Shown here one piece after another: positions 51,452 through 62,387 of a DNA stretch of 64,000 bases. Below the pieces are notes generated by a model. That model had not been told where the DNA came from. It made no database searches and saw only the letters and a list, made by a program, of their open reading frames with translations. The position numbers and the translations under genes were made by a program. Position 1 is the first letter of the stretch; every line of letters starts with the position of its first letter. This DNA is from Burkholderiales bacterium (GTDB lineage Bacteria; Pseudomonadota; Gammaproteobacteria; Burkholderiales; Burkholderiaceae_F), in NCBI GenBank assembly GCA_037442465.1, contig JBBIQI010000001.1, forward strand, positions 5,498-69,497, written 5' to 3'.

Positions 51452-53101
51452 TCACATGTTCGTGTAGTTCGGCCCGCCGCCGCCCTCGGGCACGACCCAG
51501 ACGATGTTCTGCGTCGGGTCCTTGATGTCGCAGGTCTTGCAGTGCACGCAGTTCTGGAAGTTGATCTGCAGCCGGTCCTGTCCGTCGGTCTTGACGAACT
51601 CGTAGACGCCTGCCGGGCAGTAGCGGCTCTCGGGGCCCGCGTACTTCGCCAGGTTGATTGCGACCGGCACCGTCGGATCTTTTAGCTTCAGGTGCGCGGG
51701 CTGGTTTTCCTCGTGATTGGTGTTCGACAGGAACACCGAGGACAGCTTGTCGAACGTGAGCGAGTTGTCGGGCTTCGGATACGCGATCGGCGTGCACTCC
51801 GCAGCGGGCTTCAGCTTTTCGTGATCGGGCTTCTTCCGGTGCAGCGTCCAGGGCGCCTTGCCGCGGAACACCAACTGGTCGATGCCCCACATCACGGCGC
51901 CCAGGTACAGCCCCTTGTCGAGCCACGGCTTGAAGTTGCGCGCCCGATACAGCTCGTCGTACAGCCATGAGGACTCGAAGGCGGCCGGATACGCCGCGAG
52001 TTCGTCGCGCGCGCGTCCGCTTGCGAGCGCTTCGAACGCCGCCTCGGCGGCAAGCATGCCGCTCTTGATCGCCGCGTGCGAGCCTTTGATGCGCGGCGCG
52101 TTCAGGAAGCCCGCATCGCAGCCGATCAGCGCGCCGCCGGGAAAGACGAGCTTCGGCAGCGACTGGATCCCGCTGGCGTTGATCGCGCGCGCGCCGTAGC
52201 CGACGCGCTTGCCGCCCTCGAGGAACGTGCGGATCGCCGGATGCGTCTTGTATCGCTGGAACTCCTGGAACGGCTCCAGATAGGGGTTCTCGTAGCCGAG
52301 CCCGACCACGAGCCCGATCGAGACCTGGTGGTTCTCGAAGTGGTACACGAAGCCGCCGCCGTAGGTGTTCGCATCGAGCGGCCAGCCGGCGCTGTGCACG
52401 ACCAGCCCCGGCACGTGTTTCGCCGGCTCAATCTCCCACACCTCCTTGATGCCGATGCCCCAGGTCTGGGGATCGCGACCCTCCATCAGCCGGTAGCGCT
52501 CGAGGATCTGTTTGCCCAGATGACCGCGCGCGCCTTCGGCGAACAGCGTGTACTTGCCGAGCAGCTCCACGCCGGGCTGGAAGTTGGCGGTCGGCTGCCC
52601 GTCGCGGCCGACGCCCATGTCGCCGGTGGCTACGCCGCGCACCGCACCGCGCTCGTCGTACAGCACCTCGGCCGCGGCGAAGCCCGGGAAGATCTCGACG
52701 CCGAGCGCTTCGGCCTGCTGACCCAGCCAGCGCACGACGTTGCCCAGGCTGACGATGTAGTAGCCGTCGTTGATGAAGCAGTCGGGCAGCAGCCAGTGCG
52801 GGTTGTAGTAGGCCCGGTTCTCGGTGAGGATGTAGAAACGGTCCTCCGTGACCTGGGTATTCAGCGGCGCGCCGCGCTCCTTCCAGTCGGGGAACAGCTC
52901 GTTGAGCGCAATTGGGTCCATCACCGCGCCGGACAGGATGTGCGCGCCGATCTCCGAGCCCTTTTCGAGCACGCAGACGCTGACCTCGCTGCCGCGGTCG
53001 GCGGCGAGCTGCTTGAGCCGGATCGCCGCGGCCAGTCCCGCCGGCCCGCCGCCGACGATGACGACGTCGTACTCCATGCTTTCGCGCTGAACGTCCCGCA
53101 T
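51452..53101 (-). CDS. Electron transfer flavoprotein-ubiquinone oxidoreductase
   Basis: DVVIVGGGPAGL, EKGSEIGAHILSGA, PRIKGSHAAIKSG, CPAGVYE...CVHCKTC; ATG at 53101. Confidence 0.95.
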   Translation of the reverse strand: MRDVQRESMEYDVVIVGGGPAGLAAAIRLKQLAADRGSEVSVCVLEKGSEIGAHILSGAVMDPIALNELFPDWKERGAPLNTQVTEDRFYILTENRAYYNPHWLLPDCFINDGYYIVSLGNVVRWLGQQAEALGVEIFPGFAAAEVLYDERGAVRGVATGDMGVGRDGQPTANFQPGVELLGKYTLFAEGARGHLGKQILERYRLMEGRDPQTWGIGIKEVWEIEPAKHVPGLVVHSAGWPLDANTYGGGFVYHFENHQVSIGLVVGLGYENPYLEPFQEFQRYKTHPAIRTFLEGGKRVGYGARAINASGIQSLPKLVFPGGALIGCDAGFLNAPRIKGSHAAIKSGMLAAEAAFEALASGRARDELAAYPAAFESSWLYDELYRARNFKPWLDKGLYLGAVMWGIDQLVFRGKAPWTLHRKKPDHEKLKPAAECTPIAYPKPDNSLTFDKLSSVFLSNTNHEENQPAHLKLKDPTVPVAINLAKYAGPESRYCPAGVYEFVKTDGQDRLQINFQNCVHCKTCDIKDPTQNIVWVVPEGGGGPNYTNM

Positions 53102-53202
53102 GCCGGCTCCGGTCGGTCTTTCGGATGGCGGATTGTCGACAAGTTCGTTAGAGCCCGCAATCGAGTGTGCGATCATCCGCCGCGCACGCGAGGCGGACCG
53201 AT

Positions 53203-53973
53203 ATGCAGACCAATCTGAAGGAAAAGATCGCGCTGGTCACCGGCGCGAGCAGCGGGCTGGGAGCGCAGTTTGCGCGCACGCTGGCGGCCAACGGCGCGCT
53301 GGTCGTGCTGGCCGCGCGCCGCGTCGAGCGGCTGAAAGACCTGCGCGCCGAAATCGAGGCCGAAGGCGGTGCTGCCGATGTCGTCCCGATGGACGTGACC
53401 GACCTCGACTCGATCGGCGCGGCGGTCGCGAGGATCGAGTCCGCCAACGGACCGATCGACATTCTGGTCAACAACTCGGGCGTGTCGACCATGCAGCGGC
53501 TGGTCGACGTGAGCGCCGTGGACTTCGATCACGTGTTCGGCACGAACGTCAAGGGGGCGTTCTTCGTCGCGCAGGAAGTCGCCAAACGCATGATCGCGCG
53601 GTCGCGCCAGCAGCAGGACTTCCGCGGCCGCATCGTCAACATCGCGTCGGTCGCCGGGCTGAAAGTGGTACCGCAAATCGGCCTGTACTGCATGAGCAAG
53701 TCGGCCGTGATCCAGATGACGCGGGCGCAGGCACTCGAATGGGGGCGCTACGGCATCAACGTCAACGCGATCTGCCCAGGCTACATCCGCACCGAGATCA
53801 ACGATACGCACTGGGGCACCGAGGCCGGGCAGAAACTGATCGCGATGCTGCCGCGCCGGCGCGTCGGCACGCCCGACGACCTGGACTCGGTGCTGCTGAT
53901 GCTGGTGGCGGACGAGTCGCAGTTCATCAACGGCGCCGTGATCGCCGCCGATGACGGCCTGTCGGTGACGTGA
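53203..53973 (+). CDS. Classical SDR family oxidoreductase
   Basis: TGASSGLG, LVNNSG, YCMSK, NAICPGY; ATG at 53203. Confidence 0.9.
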   Translation: MQTNLKEKIALVTGASSGLGAQFARTLAANGALVVLAARRVERLKDLRAEIEAEGGAADVVPMDVTDLDSIGAAVARIESANGPIDILVNNSGVSTMQRLVDVSAVDFDHVFGTNVKGAFFVAQEVAKRMIARSRQQQDFRGRIVNIASVAGLKVVPQIGLYCMSKSAVIQMTRAQALEWGRYGINVNAICPGYIRTEINDTHWGTEAGQKLIAMLPRRRVGTPDDLDSVLLMLVADESQFINGAVIAADDGLSVT

Positions 53974-54132
53974 CGGTCCAGCAACCCGGTCTGCCGCGGC
54001 ACACATGAACCCCGACGTTCGCGCGGGCGACGAGGCGCCCAAGACGATCAAAGTGTTCACCTTCGAGACCCGGCAGCGCCGGAGCGACATCGGCGCAACG
54101 CCGCAGGCGTTTCGCATGGGACGCGCGGCGCC

Positions 54133-54567
54133 ATGGCAGCCGACGCGGTCATCCAGGCAATGAAAGAGTTCATCTGCGAGATTCCCCTGCGCTGGGGCGA
54201 CATGGATGCCATGGCGCACCTGAACAACGTCCAGTACTTCCGTCTGATGGAAGAGGCGCGCATCCGCTGGTTTGCGCAGTTCGGTTTCCCGACGCTGCCC
54301 AGCGGCGAGGCCCCGATTCTTGCGCACGCCGCGTGCGACTTCGTCAAGGCGATGAGCTATCCGGGCACCGCGGTGGTCAAGCAGGTCGTCACGCGCCTTG
54401 GCCGCTCGAGCGTGGAGATGTCGATCGTGATCGAACGCAGCGACGAACCCGGGGTGGCCTATGCCACCGGCCGCACGGTCATCGTGTGGTACGACTACCG
54501 CGCCGGCCGCTCGGCACCCTGGCCGGAGCATGTGCGGGCGGCGCTGGGCTCGCCCGCTGCGCCGTAA
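54133..54567 (+). CDS. Acyl-CoA thioesterase (4HBT/hot-dog family)
   Basis: LRWGDMDAMAHLNNVQYFRLMEEAR; start may be ATG 54160. Confidence 0.88.
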   Translation: MAADAVIQAMKEFICEIPLRWGDMDAMAHLNNVQYFRLMEEARIRWFAQFGFPTLPSGEAPILAHAACDFVKAMSYPGTAVVKQVVTRLGRSSVEMSIVIERSDEPGVAYATGRTVIVWYDYRAGRSAPWPEHVRAALGSPAAP

Positions 54568-54641
54568 AATCGCGCCGACGGCCCGCGATGGCGGCGCCGC
54601 GTCGTGTGCCGGACGCATCGAAAGTTCCGTTGGAGGTGTGA

Positions 54642-55352
54642 GTGAACAAGATCTTCCCTTCGGCTGCGGCCGCGCTGGCGGACGTGGTCAAGGACGGCCA
54701 GACCATCGCCGTGGGCGGCTTCGGCCTGTGCGGCATTCCGGAGGCGCTGATCGTCGCGCTGCGCGATTCGGGCGTGCGGAACCTGACCTGCGTCAGCAAC
54801 AACGCCGGCGTCGACGGATTCGGCCTGGGGCTGCTGCTCGCCACGCGCCAGATCAGGAAGATGATTTCGTCGTACGTCGGCGAGAACAAGGAATTCGAGC
54901 GGCAGTATCTGGCCGGCGAGCTCGAGCTGGAGTTCACGCCGCAGGGCACGCTGGCCGAGCGGATGCGCGCCGGCGGTGCCGGCATCCCGGCGTTCTTCAC
55001 CCGTACCGGTGTGGGCACGCTCGTGGCCGAGGGCAAGCCGACGATGGTGTTCGACGGCTTCTGGGGCAACAAGGAATACGTGATGGAGCGCTCGATCCGC
55101 GCCGACGTGTCGCTGGTCAAGGCGTGGAAGGCCGACAAGCAGGGCAACCTCGTTTATCGCAAGACCGCGCGCAATTTCAATCCGGTCGTCGCGATGTGCG
55201 GCAAGGTGACGATCGCCGAGGTCGAGCGCATCGTCGAGAACGGCGAGATCGATCCGGATCACGTGCACACGCCCGGCATCTTCGTGCAACGGCTCGTGCT
55301 CAACCCGAATCCGGAAAAGCGGATCGAGAACCGCACCGTGCGCTCGAAGTGA
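54642..55352 (+). CDS. scoA: 3-oxoacid CoA-transferase subunit A
   Basis: GGFGLCGIP, SNNAGVD, PQGTLAERMRAGG, GNLVYRKTARNFNP; exact substrate not determinable. Confidence 0.9.
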   Translation: MNKIFPSAAAALADVVKDGQTIAVGGFGLCGIPEALIVALRDSGVRNLTCVSNNAGVDGFGLGLLLATRQIRKMISSYVGENKEFERQYLAGELELEFTPQGTLAERMRAGGAGIPAFFTRTGVGTLVAEGKPTMVFDGFWGNKEYVMERSIRADVSLVKAWKADKQGNLVYRKTARNFNPVVAMCGKVTIAEVERIVENGEIDPDHVHTPGIFVQRLVLNPNPEKRIENRTVRSK

Positions 55353-55367
55353 ACTGGAGGCATCGAC

Positions 55368-56018
55368 ATGGCTTGGACCCGAGAACAGATGGCCGCGCGG
55401 GCGGCGCAGGAACTGAAGGACGGCTACTACGTCAACCTCGGCATCGGGCTGCCGACGCTGGTGTCCAACTACATCCCGCCGGGCATCGACGTGATGCTGC
55501 AGTCGGAAAACGGGCTGCTTGGCATCGGTCCGTTCCCGACCGAAGACGAGATCGACCCGGACCTGATCAACGCCGGCAAGCAGCTCGTCACCGCGCTGCC
55601 GGGATCGAGCTTTTTCTCGAGCGCGGACTCGTTCGCGATGATCCGCGGCGGCCACATCAACCTCGCGATCCTCGGCGCGATGCAGGTCAGCGAAAAGGGC
55701 GATCTGGCGAACTGGATGATCCCCGGCAAGCTCGTCAAGGGCATGGGCGGGGCGATGGATCTCGTGGCCGGCGTAGAGCGTGTGGTGGTGCTGATGGAGC
55801 ACTGTGCCAAGAACGGCGAGCACAAGATCCTGCAGCGGTGCACGCTGCCGCTGACCGGCAAGGGCGTGGTCAATCGCATCATCACCGACCTCGGCGTATT
55901 CGATGTGACAGACGATGGCCTGAAGGCGGTCGAGCTCGCGCCGGGTGTGACCCCTGACGAAGTGCGGTTGAAGACCGGCTGTCACGTGCATCTGTCGCAC
56001 TTGGCGGCGACCGCCTGA
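55368..56018 (+). CDS. scoB: 3-oxoacid CoA-transferase subunit B
   Basis: [13 protein letters not shown] catalytic Glu motif, GMGGAMDLV. Confidence 0.9.
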   Translation: MAWTREQMAARAAQELKDGYYVNLGIGLPTLVSNYIPPGIDVMLQSENGLLGIGPFPTEDEIDPDLINAGKQLVTALPGSSFFSSADSFAMIRGGHINLAILGAMQVSEKGDLANWMIPGKLVKGMGGAMDLVAGVERVVVLMEHCAKNGEHKILQRCTLPLTGKGVVNRIITDLGVFDVTDDGLKAVELAPGVTPDEVRLKTGCHVHLSHLAATA

Positions 56019-56156
56019 GCGTGTGTGCCGCGCGGCGCATCGCGCTGCGCGCGACCGCGATGTCGCCCTGCTTGGTGCGATGAACCCGGATCCCGCAGTC
56101 GCCCACGCGCGGTCGCTCCGATCCGACGTTCGGCATTGCTCCGAGCCGATCACCCG

Positions 56157-56241
56157 CGTCGTTGCGCGCGTCGGACTCGAGTCGGGGCGAGGCATCCTTG
56201 CCACTCGCGATGCCGAGATCCCTCGCGTTGCTCGGGATGAC
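56157..56241. repeat. Inverted pair of CGTC/GTCAT-type REP-like palindromes
   Basis: Forward arm CGTCGTTGCG...GAGGCATCC (56157-97, with the perfect palindrome GACTCGAGTC); reverse arm reads GTCATCCCGAGCAACGCGAGGGATCTC on the minus strand (56241-56215). Confidence 0.55.
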
Positions 56242-56380
56242 CCAGACGCGGCGCGGGATCGCGAATCCGCCATCCGGGAGGTCGAGGCTGCTGTGCCGGA
56301 CGGCGAATGCACCGTCGGGGATAACCAAGCCGCCGCGCGACGTGACGAAGCCGTGTCCTGGAAAGGCCCTGAGCAGCACG
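56234..56380 (+). repeat. Degenerate 21-bp tandem array (6-7 units)
   Basis: Units start at 56234, 56255, 56276, 56297, 56318, 56339 and 56360; consensus ~GGGATGACGAAGCCGCCGYSC; units 1 and 5 match at 17/21, units 2 and 4 at 14/21. Confidence 0.65.
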
Positions 56381-56541
56381 GTTTTCTGCGTATTACGAGT
56401 CGGTGCCCGGCTCCCGAACGGGCCGATGATGTGCGCGGTGATCGTCGAGCGAACGGCGCCGCGGCGGCGACAGAGTGCCGCAAGCCCGCGCTCATGCCCG
56501 CGCTACGGTGTTCGCGGCGGCCTGGCACCGCGGTTTAGCGG

Positions 56542-57483
56542 ATGAACGCGTCCGACCACTTCGGCGAACACGAGCACGGCGACGGCGCGTACACGCACCA
56601 GTCGCGCCCGCACGGTGCGCGGCCGCTGGCGATCGCGGTCGGGCTGACGCTCGGCTACGCGTTCATCGAAGTCCTGGGCGGGCTGTGGTCGGGCTCGCTC
56701 GCGCTGCTCGCCGATGCCGGTCACATGGCGACCGACTCGGCCGCGCTGCTGTTCGCGCTTGCGGCCAACATCATCGCGCGCCGGCCGGTGTCGGACAGGC
56801 ACTCGTTCGGGCTGGCCCGCGTCGAGGTCATCGCCGCGTTTGTCAACGCGCTCGCGATGCTTGGCGTGGTGGCCTGGATTTTCTATGAAGCCGTCGAACG
56901 GTTGCGCAGCCCGGTGCCGGTCAAAGGGCTCGGCGTGTTCGCGATCGCCGGCGTCGGGCTGCTGATCAACGTCGCAGTCGCGTGGACGCTGTCGAAGGAC
57001 CGCGACAACCTGAATACGCGCGCCGCGTTCATCCACGTGCTCGGCGATTTGCTCGGATCGGTCGCGGCGCTCGCGGCCGGCTTGATCATCCATTTCGGCG
57101 GTCCGCTGGTCGCGGATCCGCTGCTGTCGATGTTCGTCGCGGCGCTGATCCTGCGATCGACCTTTGGCGTGCTGCGCGAGACGACCTTCGTGTTGCTCGA
57201 CAGCGTGCCGCGCGGGGTCGACTACCACAAGGTGGGGCGGTCGCTCGCGCAGATTCCGGGCGTGCTGTCGGTACACGATCTGCACGTCTGGTCGATGGTG
57301 CCGGGCCGCAGTGCGATGTCGGCGCACGTGCTGGTCGACGACATCGAGCGCTGGCCGGTCGTACTGCACCAAGCGCGCCACATTCTGCGGCGCGACTTCA
57401 ACATCGACCACATCACGCTGCAGCCTGAGTGGCTGCGCAAAGATGCACCCGAAGTGGCGATCCCCCTCAGGCGATCGTCCTGA
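56542..57483 (+). CDS. Cation diffusion facilitator (CzcD/ZitB-like Zn/Co/Cd exporter)
   Basis: His-rich N-terminus, LADAGHMATD and HVLGDLLGS metal-site motifs, VHDLHVW. Confidence 0.92.
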   Translation: MNASDHFGEHEHGDGAYTHQSRPHGARPLAIAVGLTLGYAFIEVLGGLWSGSLALLADAGHMATDSAALLFALAANIIARRPVSDRHSFGLARVEVIAAFVNALAMLGVVAWIFYEAVERLRSPVPVKGLGVFAIAGVGLLINVAVAWTLSKDRDNLNTRAAFIHVLGDLLGSVAALAAGLIIHFGGPLVADPLLSMFVAALILRSTFGVLRETTFVLLDSVPRGVDYHKVGRSLAQIPGVLSVHDLHVWSMVPGRSAMSAHVLVDDIERWPVVLHQARHILRRDFNIDHITLQPEWLRKDAPEVAIPLRRSS

Positions 57484-58195
57484 CGAGCCACAGCGCCCCC
57501 ATCAGCACCGGCTGGTGCACGAGGTAGACGGTCAGGCTCCAGATGCCGAGAAACGCGAGCCAGCGCGGCGGCGCTTCATTCAGCCCGCGCAGCGCGGGGG
57601 CGAGCGCGAGGCCGCGCCGCTGCCACAGCGCGCCGAGCGCGACGCCGATCAGTACGACGCCGATCCACGGCAACAGCGGCACGTAGTCCTCGGTGCGCGG
57701 CTTTATCGTGACCAGCCCGACGATGTTCAGCGGCGTCGGGTTGAATGCGGCGTCCCGCACCAGCAGCCCGACCGCGATCGCCGCCGCGCCGAGCGCGAAG
57801 TTCCACGCACCGAGCGCGACCAGCGGCCGCGCGAGTACGAGCGCCGCCGCGATGAAATGCAGGATGCCGAACCAGACGTAGCGCGGCCCGAACACGAGCC
57901 ACGTGCCCGCCGACACCAGCACCGCGGCACCCGCGATCTGCGCCCAGCGCGTCCAGAAGTCGCGCCAGTCAGGCTTGTACGCCATGCGCAGCACGAGGCT
58001 GACGCCGACCAGCAGCAGGAACTGCGTGACGATCGCGGTGCGCCAGGCGACCCACGGCTGATCCCGCGTCATCGCGAGCTTCACCCAGCCAAAGTAGTTC
58101 AGGTCGTAGATGAAGTGGTAGACGATCATCTGCGCGACCGCGAAGCCGCGCAGCGCGTCGATCAGCGGGAGGCGGGGGGGCTTGAGTGCGGACAT
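57467..58195 (-). CDS. DUF1624 / HGSNAT-like membrane protein
   Basis: IDALRGFAVAQMIVYHFIYDL, FLLLVGVS, FGILHFIA, EDYVPLLPW, SLTVYLVHQP; ATG at 58195. Confidence 0.85.
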   Translation of the reverse strand: MSALKPPRLPLIDALRGFAVAQMIVYHFIYDLNYFGWVKLAMTRDQPWVAWRTAIVTQFLLLVGVSLVLRMAYKPDWRDFWTRWAQIAGAAVLVSAGTWLVFGPRYVWFGILHFIAAALVLARPLVALGAWNFALGAAAIAVGLLVRDAAFNPTPLNIVGLVTIKPRTEDYVPLLPWIGVVLIGVALGALWQRRGLALAPALRGLNEAPPRWLAFLGIWSLTVYLVHQPVLMGALWLVRTIA

Positions 58196-58366
58196 CGACT
58201 CGCCGTGCGGGAGGCTTCCGTCGGATGCTAACCGCTCGCACGGCCGCTGCGCGGCAGGCGTGGACGGCACCCGCCGTGTGGCCTATGCTGCCCGCGCGAG
58301 GCAGCCGCAGGCGGCGGCACCGACCGACGCCAGACGCCGACCGAACTGATTGCGGAGTGCGCCGAC

Positions 58367-58774
58367 ATGGAACCGAGCGATTGCGCAACGGGCCGCTGCC
58401 TGTGCGGCGCATTGACGTTCTCCGTCCGCTTCCCGACCAAGTGGATCGCGCACTGCCATTGCACGATGTGCCGGCGCGCGCATGGCGCGGCGTTCGTGAC
58501 GTGGGTAGGGGTCGATGAGACGTCGTTCGAGTTGTCAGACCCGCAGCGGCTGCTGCGCTGGTACGCATCGTCGCCGGGTGCGGAACGCGGGTTCTGCGCG
58601 CAGTGTGGCAGCACGCTGTTGTTCCGCTCGCAGCGCTGGCCCGGCGAGATGCATGTCGTGCGAGCGAACTTCGACTCGCCGCTGGACCGCGCGCCGCAGG
58701 CGCACGTCTTCTACGACACCCGCGTGCCTTGGTTCGAGGTCGACGACGCGCTGCCGAAGCGGCCGCCGGCGTGA
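58367..58774 (+). CDS. GFA/CENP-V family Zn-binding protein
   Basis: CLCG, CHCTMCRR, RGFCAQCGS. Confidence 0.88.
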   Translation: MEPSDCATGRCLCGALTFSVRFPTKWIAHCHCTMCRRAHGAAFVTWVGVDETSFELSDPQRLLRWYASSPGAERGFCAQCGSTLLFRSQRWPGEMHVVRANFDSPLDRAPQAHVFYDTRVPWFEVDDALPKRPPA

Positions 58775-58797
58775 GGCCGCGGCGCGCCCGGCGGCGA

Positions 58798-59328
58798 TCA
58801 GAACGCCGAGCGCAGCAGCGTGGCCAGCTCGTTGATGCGGACGAACCACCCACGGTGCGAGAGCAGCAACGACATCCCGGCCGCGGCCACCAGCACCACG
58901 AGCAGCGGGCGCCGCCAGCGCTGCCAGGCGCGGCGCGCCGGGCTCGGCAAGGCACGCGCGGCGGTCGCCTCCTGCTGCTGCAACTGCAGGCGCAATGCTT
59001 CGACCGGAACGCGCATCGTCAGATTCAGTGCCGACACGACCAGCTGCTGCGGCAGTTGGCCGCGCACTTCCTTGGCAAGCCCGAATGCGACCAGGCGCGC
59101 GGCGTTTCGCGGCACGCGGACTGCGTCGACCCCCGGGTCCACCGCGAGGATTTCGCGCAGCGTGCGCGCGCCGTTCAGCGCGGCCAGCAAGCGGCGTTGC
59201 GGCCCGCTCAGATTCAGTTGCGGCTTCTCCAGTTCGGCCTGGCCGCGCCGCGTGCGCTCGAGCGCGACGTCGAGCGCATCGGCGGACGCCGTGCGCTGGA
59301 CGCCAAGCGCGTTGGGATCGATGGACAT
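58798..59328 (-). CDS. Hypothetical protein: winged-helix-like N-terminus, C-terminal TM segment
   Basis: RTRRGQAE..QRRLLAALNGARTLREI..RLVAFGL pattern; hydrophobic LLVVLVAAAGMSLLL preceded by an Arg cluster; start uncertain (59328 or 59337). Confidence 0.55.
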   Translation of the reverse strand: MSIDPNALGVQRTASADALDVALERTRRGQAELEKPQLNLSGPQRRLLAALNGARTLREILAVDPGVDAVRVPRNAARLVAFGLAKEVRGQLPQQLVVSALNLTMRVPVEALRLQLQQQEATAARALPSPARRAWQRWRRPLLVVLVAAAGMSLLLSHRGWFVRINELATLLRSAF

Positions 59329-59532
59329 GGCCGGCATGCGGTGGGTCGAAGTACGCGTGGACGATGCGCGGATACTAGCCGCGCTACCGCCGGATTCCGA
59401 GAGGCCGAACGGATGAGGAGTTTCTGCCGGCCGGACGTCGGAACTTTTCCGACAAGGCGAGCGAGATCGCCCGGTCCGTTTGATGTCGATCAAGACAGCC
59501 AGGCAGCGACCCCTCAAGTCGGCGCGCTTTCC

Positions 59533-60534
59533 TTGCGGCTGCGCGGCGCGCTCGCCGCCTCGCTGCTGGTCGCACTGGCGATCGTTGCACCACCGGCGCT
59601 GCCATTCGATCTGCAGGGCCACCGCGGTGCGCGCGGACTGGCACCCGAAAACACGCTGGCGGGTTTTCGCACGGCGCTGGCGATCGGTGTTTCGACGATC
59701 GAGACCGATCTGGCGATGACCCGCGATGGCGTGCTCGTGCTCGCGCACGACCTGCGGCTGAGTCCGGCGGTCGTGCGTGACGCCGACGGCCGCTGGCTCG
59801 CGTCACCCGGGCCGGCCATCCGCGCGCTGACGTTCGACGAGCTGCTCCGCTACGACGTCGGCCGCATCGACCCCGCGCACCGTTACGCGCGCCAATGGCC
59901 GCACCAGCGACCCGCCGACGGCGAACGCGTCCCGTCGCTCGCGCAGCTGATCGAGCTGGTCAAGGCGAGCGGCGCGGCGGTGCGCCTGAACCTGGAAACG
60001 AAGCTCGCGCCCGACGAGGCCGATGCGCCCGCCCCAGCCGAGTTCGCGCGCGCGGTCGTCGACACGCTGCGCCGCGCCGGCATGGCCGACCGCGCGACGG
60101 TGCAGTCGTTCGACTGGCGAACGCTGGTCGAGGTCAAACGCATCGCGCCGGAGATCCCCACCTCGTGTCTGACGATCGAAGCCGAGGGTTTCGATACGGT
60201 GCGGCCGGACGGGAGTGGCGCCTCGCCATGGCACGCGGGGCTGAAGCGCGCCGACTACGGCGACTCGTTGCCGCGGCTGGTTCAGGCGGCGGGCTGCGGC
60301 ACCTGGTCGATGTTCTGGCGCAATCTCACGCCGGCCGCGGCCGCCGAGGCGAAGGCGCTCGGACTGAAATTGCTGCCGTGGACCGTCAACGAGACGGACG
60401 CCATGGCGCGCCTGATCGATCTGGGGGTGGACGGTCTGATCACCGACTACCCGGACCGGCTGCGCGCCGTGCTGGCCGAACGAAGACTTCCGCTGCCCGT
60501 TCCCGCGACCGTCGGCGGCGGCCCGCAGCGGTGA
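59533..60534 (+). CDS. Glycerophosphodiester phosphodiesterase, exported
   Basis: DLQGHRGARGLAPENTL, IETDL, LAHD, LNLETK, VQSFDW, PWTVN, GLITDYP; start uncertain (TTG 59533 chosen, ATG 59413 is in frame). Confidence 0.88.
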   Translation: MRLRGALAASLLVALAIVAPPALPFDLQGHRGARGLAPENTLAGFRTALAIGVSTIETDLAMTRDGVLVLAHDLRLSPAVVRDADGRWLASPGPAIRALTFDELLRYDVGRIDPAHRYARQWPHQRPADGERVPSLAQLIELVKASGAAVRLNLETKLAPDEADAPAPAEFARAVVDTLRRAGMADRATVQSFDWRTLVEVKRIAPEIPTSCLTIEAEGFDTVRPDGSGASPWHAGLKRADYGDSLPRLVQAAGCGTWSMFWRNLTPAAAAEAKALGLKLLPWTVNETDAMARLIDLGVDGLITDYPDRLRAVLAERRLPLPVPATVGGGPQR

Positions 60535-62297
<1,763 letters not shown>

Positions 62298-62298
<1 letters not shown>

Positions 62299-62383
62299 TG
62301 AGGCCGCACCTGATTCCCTCACCCCCGAGGCCTGCCCCGCCGGGCGGGCGAGGGGAGGCATTCGTGCTTCGCAGGGGTGCGGA

Positions 62384-62387
<4 letters not shown>
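62298..62387 (+). other. 29-codon mini-ORF bridging the pyrG stop and kdsA start; contains a REP-like hairpin (62316-62356)
   Basis: [29 protein letters not shown]; TGATG overlap with pyrG, GTGA overlap with kdsA. Translation unproven. Confidence 0.35.

Noticed and set aside
56234-56380. CRISPR interpretation of the 21-bp array
   Set aside because: Units are contiguous and degenerate with no unique spacers, and there are no cas genes in the window.
56023-56538. ORF 56023..56538 (+) and ORF 55882..56379 (-) as ordinary genes
   Set aside because: Both run through REP-like palindromes, have atypical codon usage and lack recognisable domains; kept only as a possibility in the tandem-array finding.
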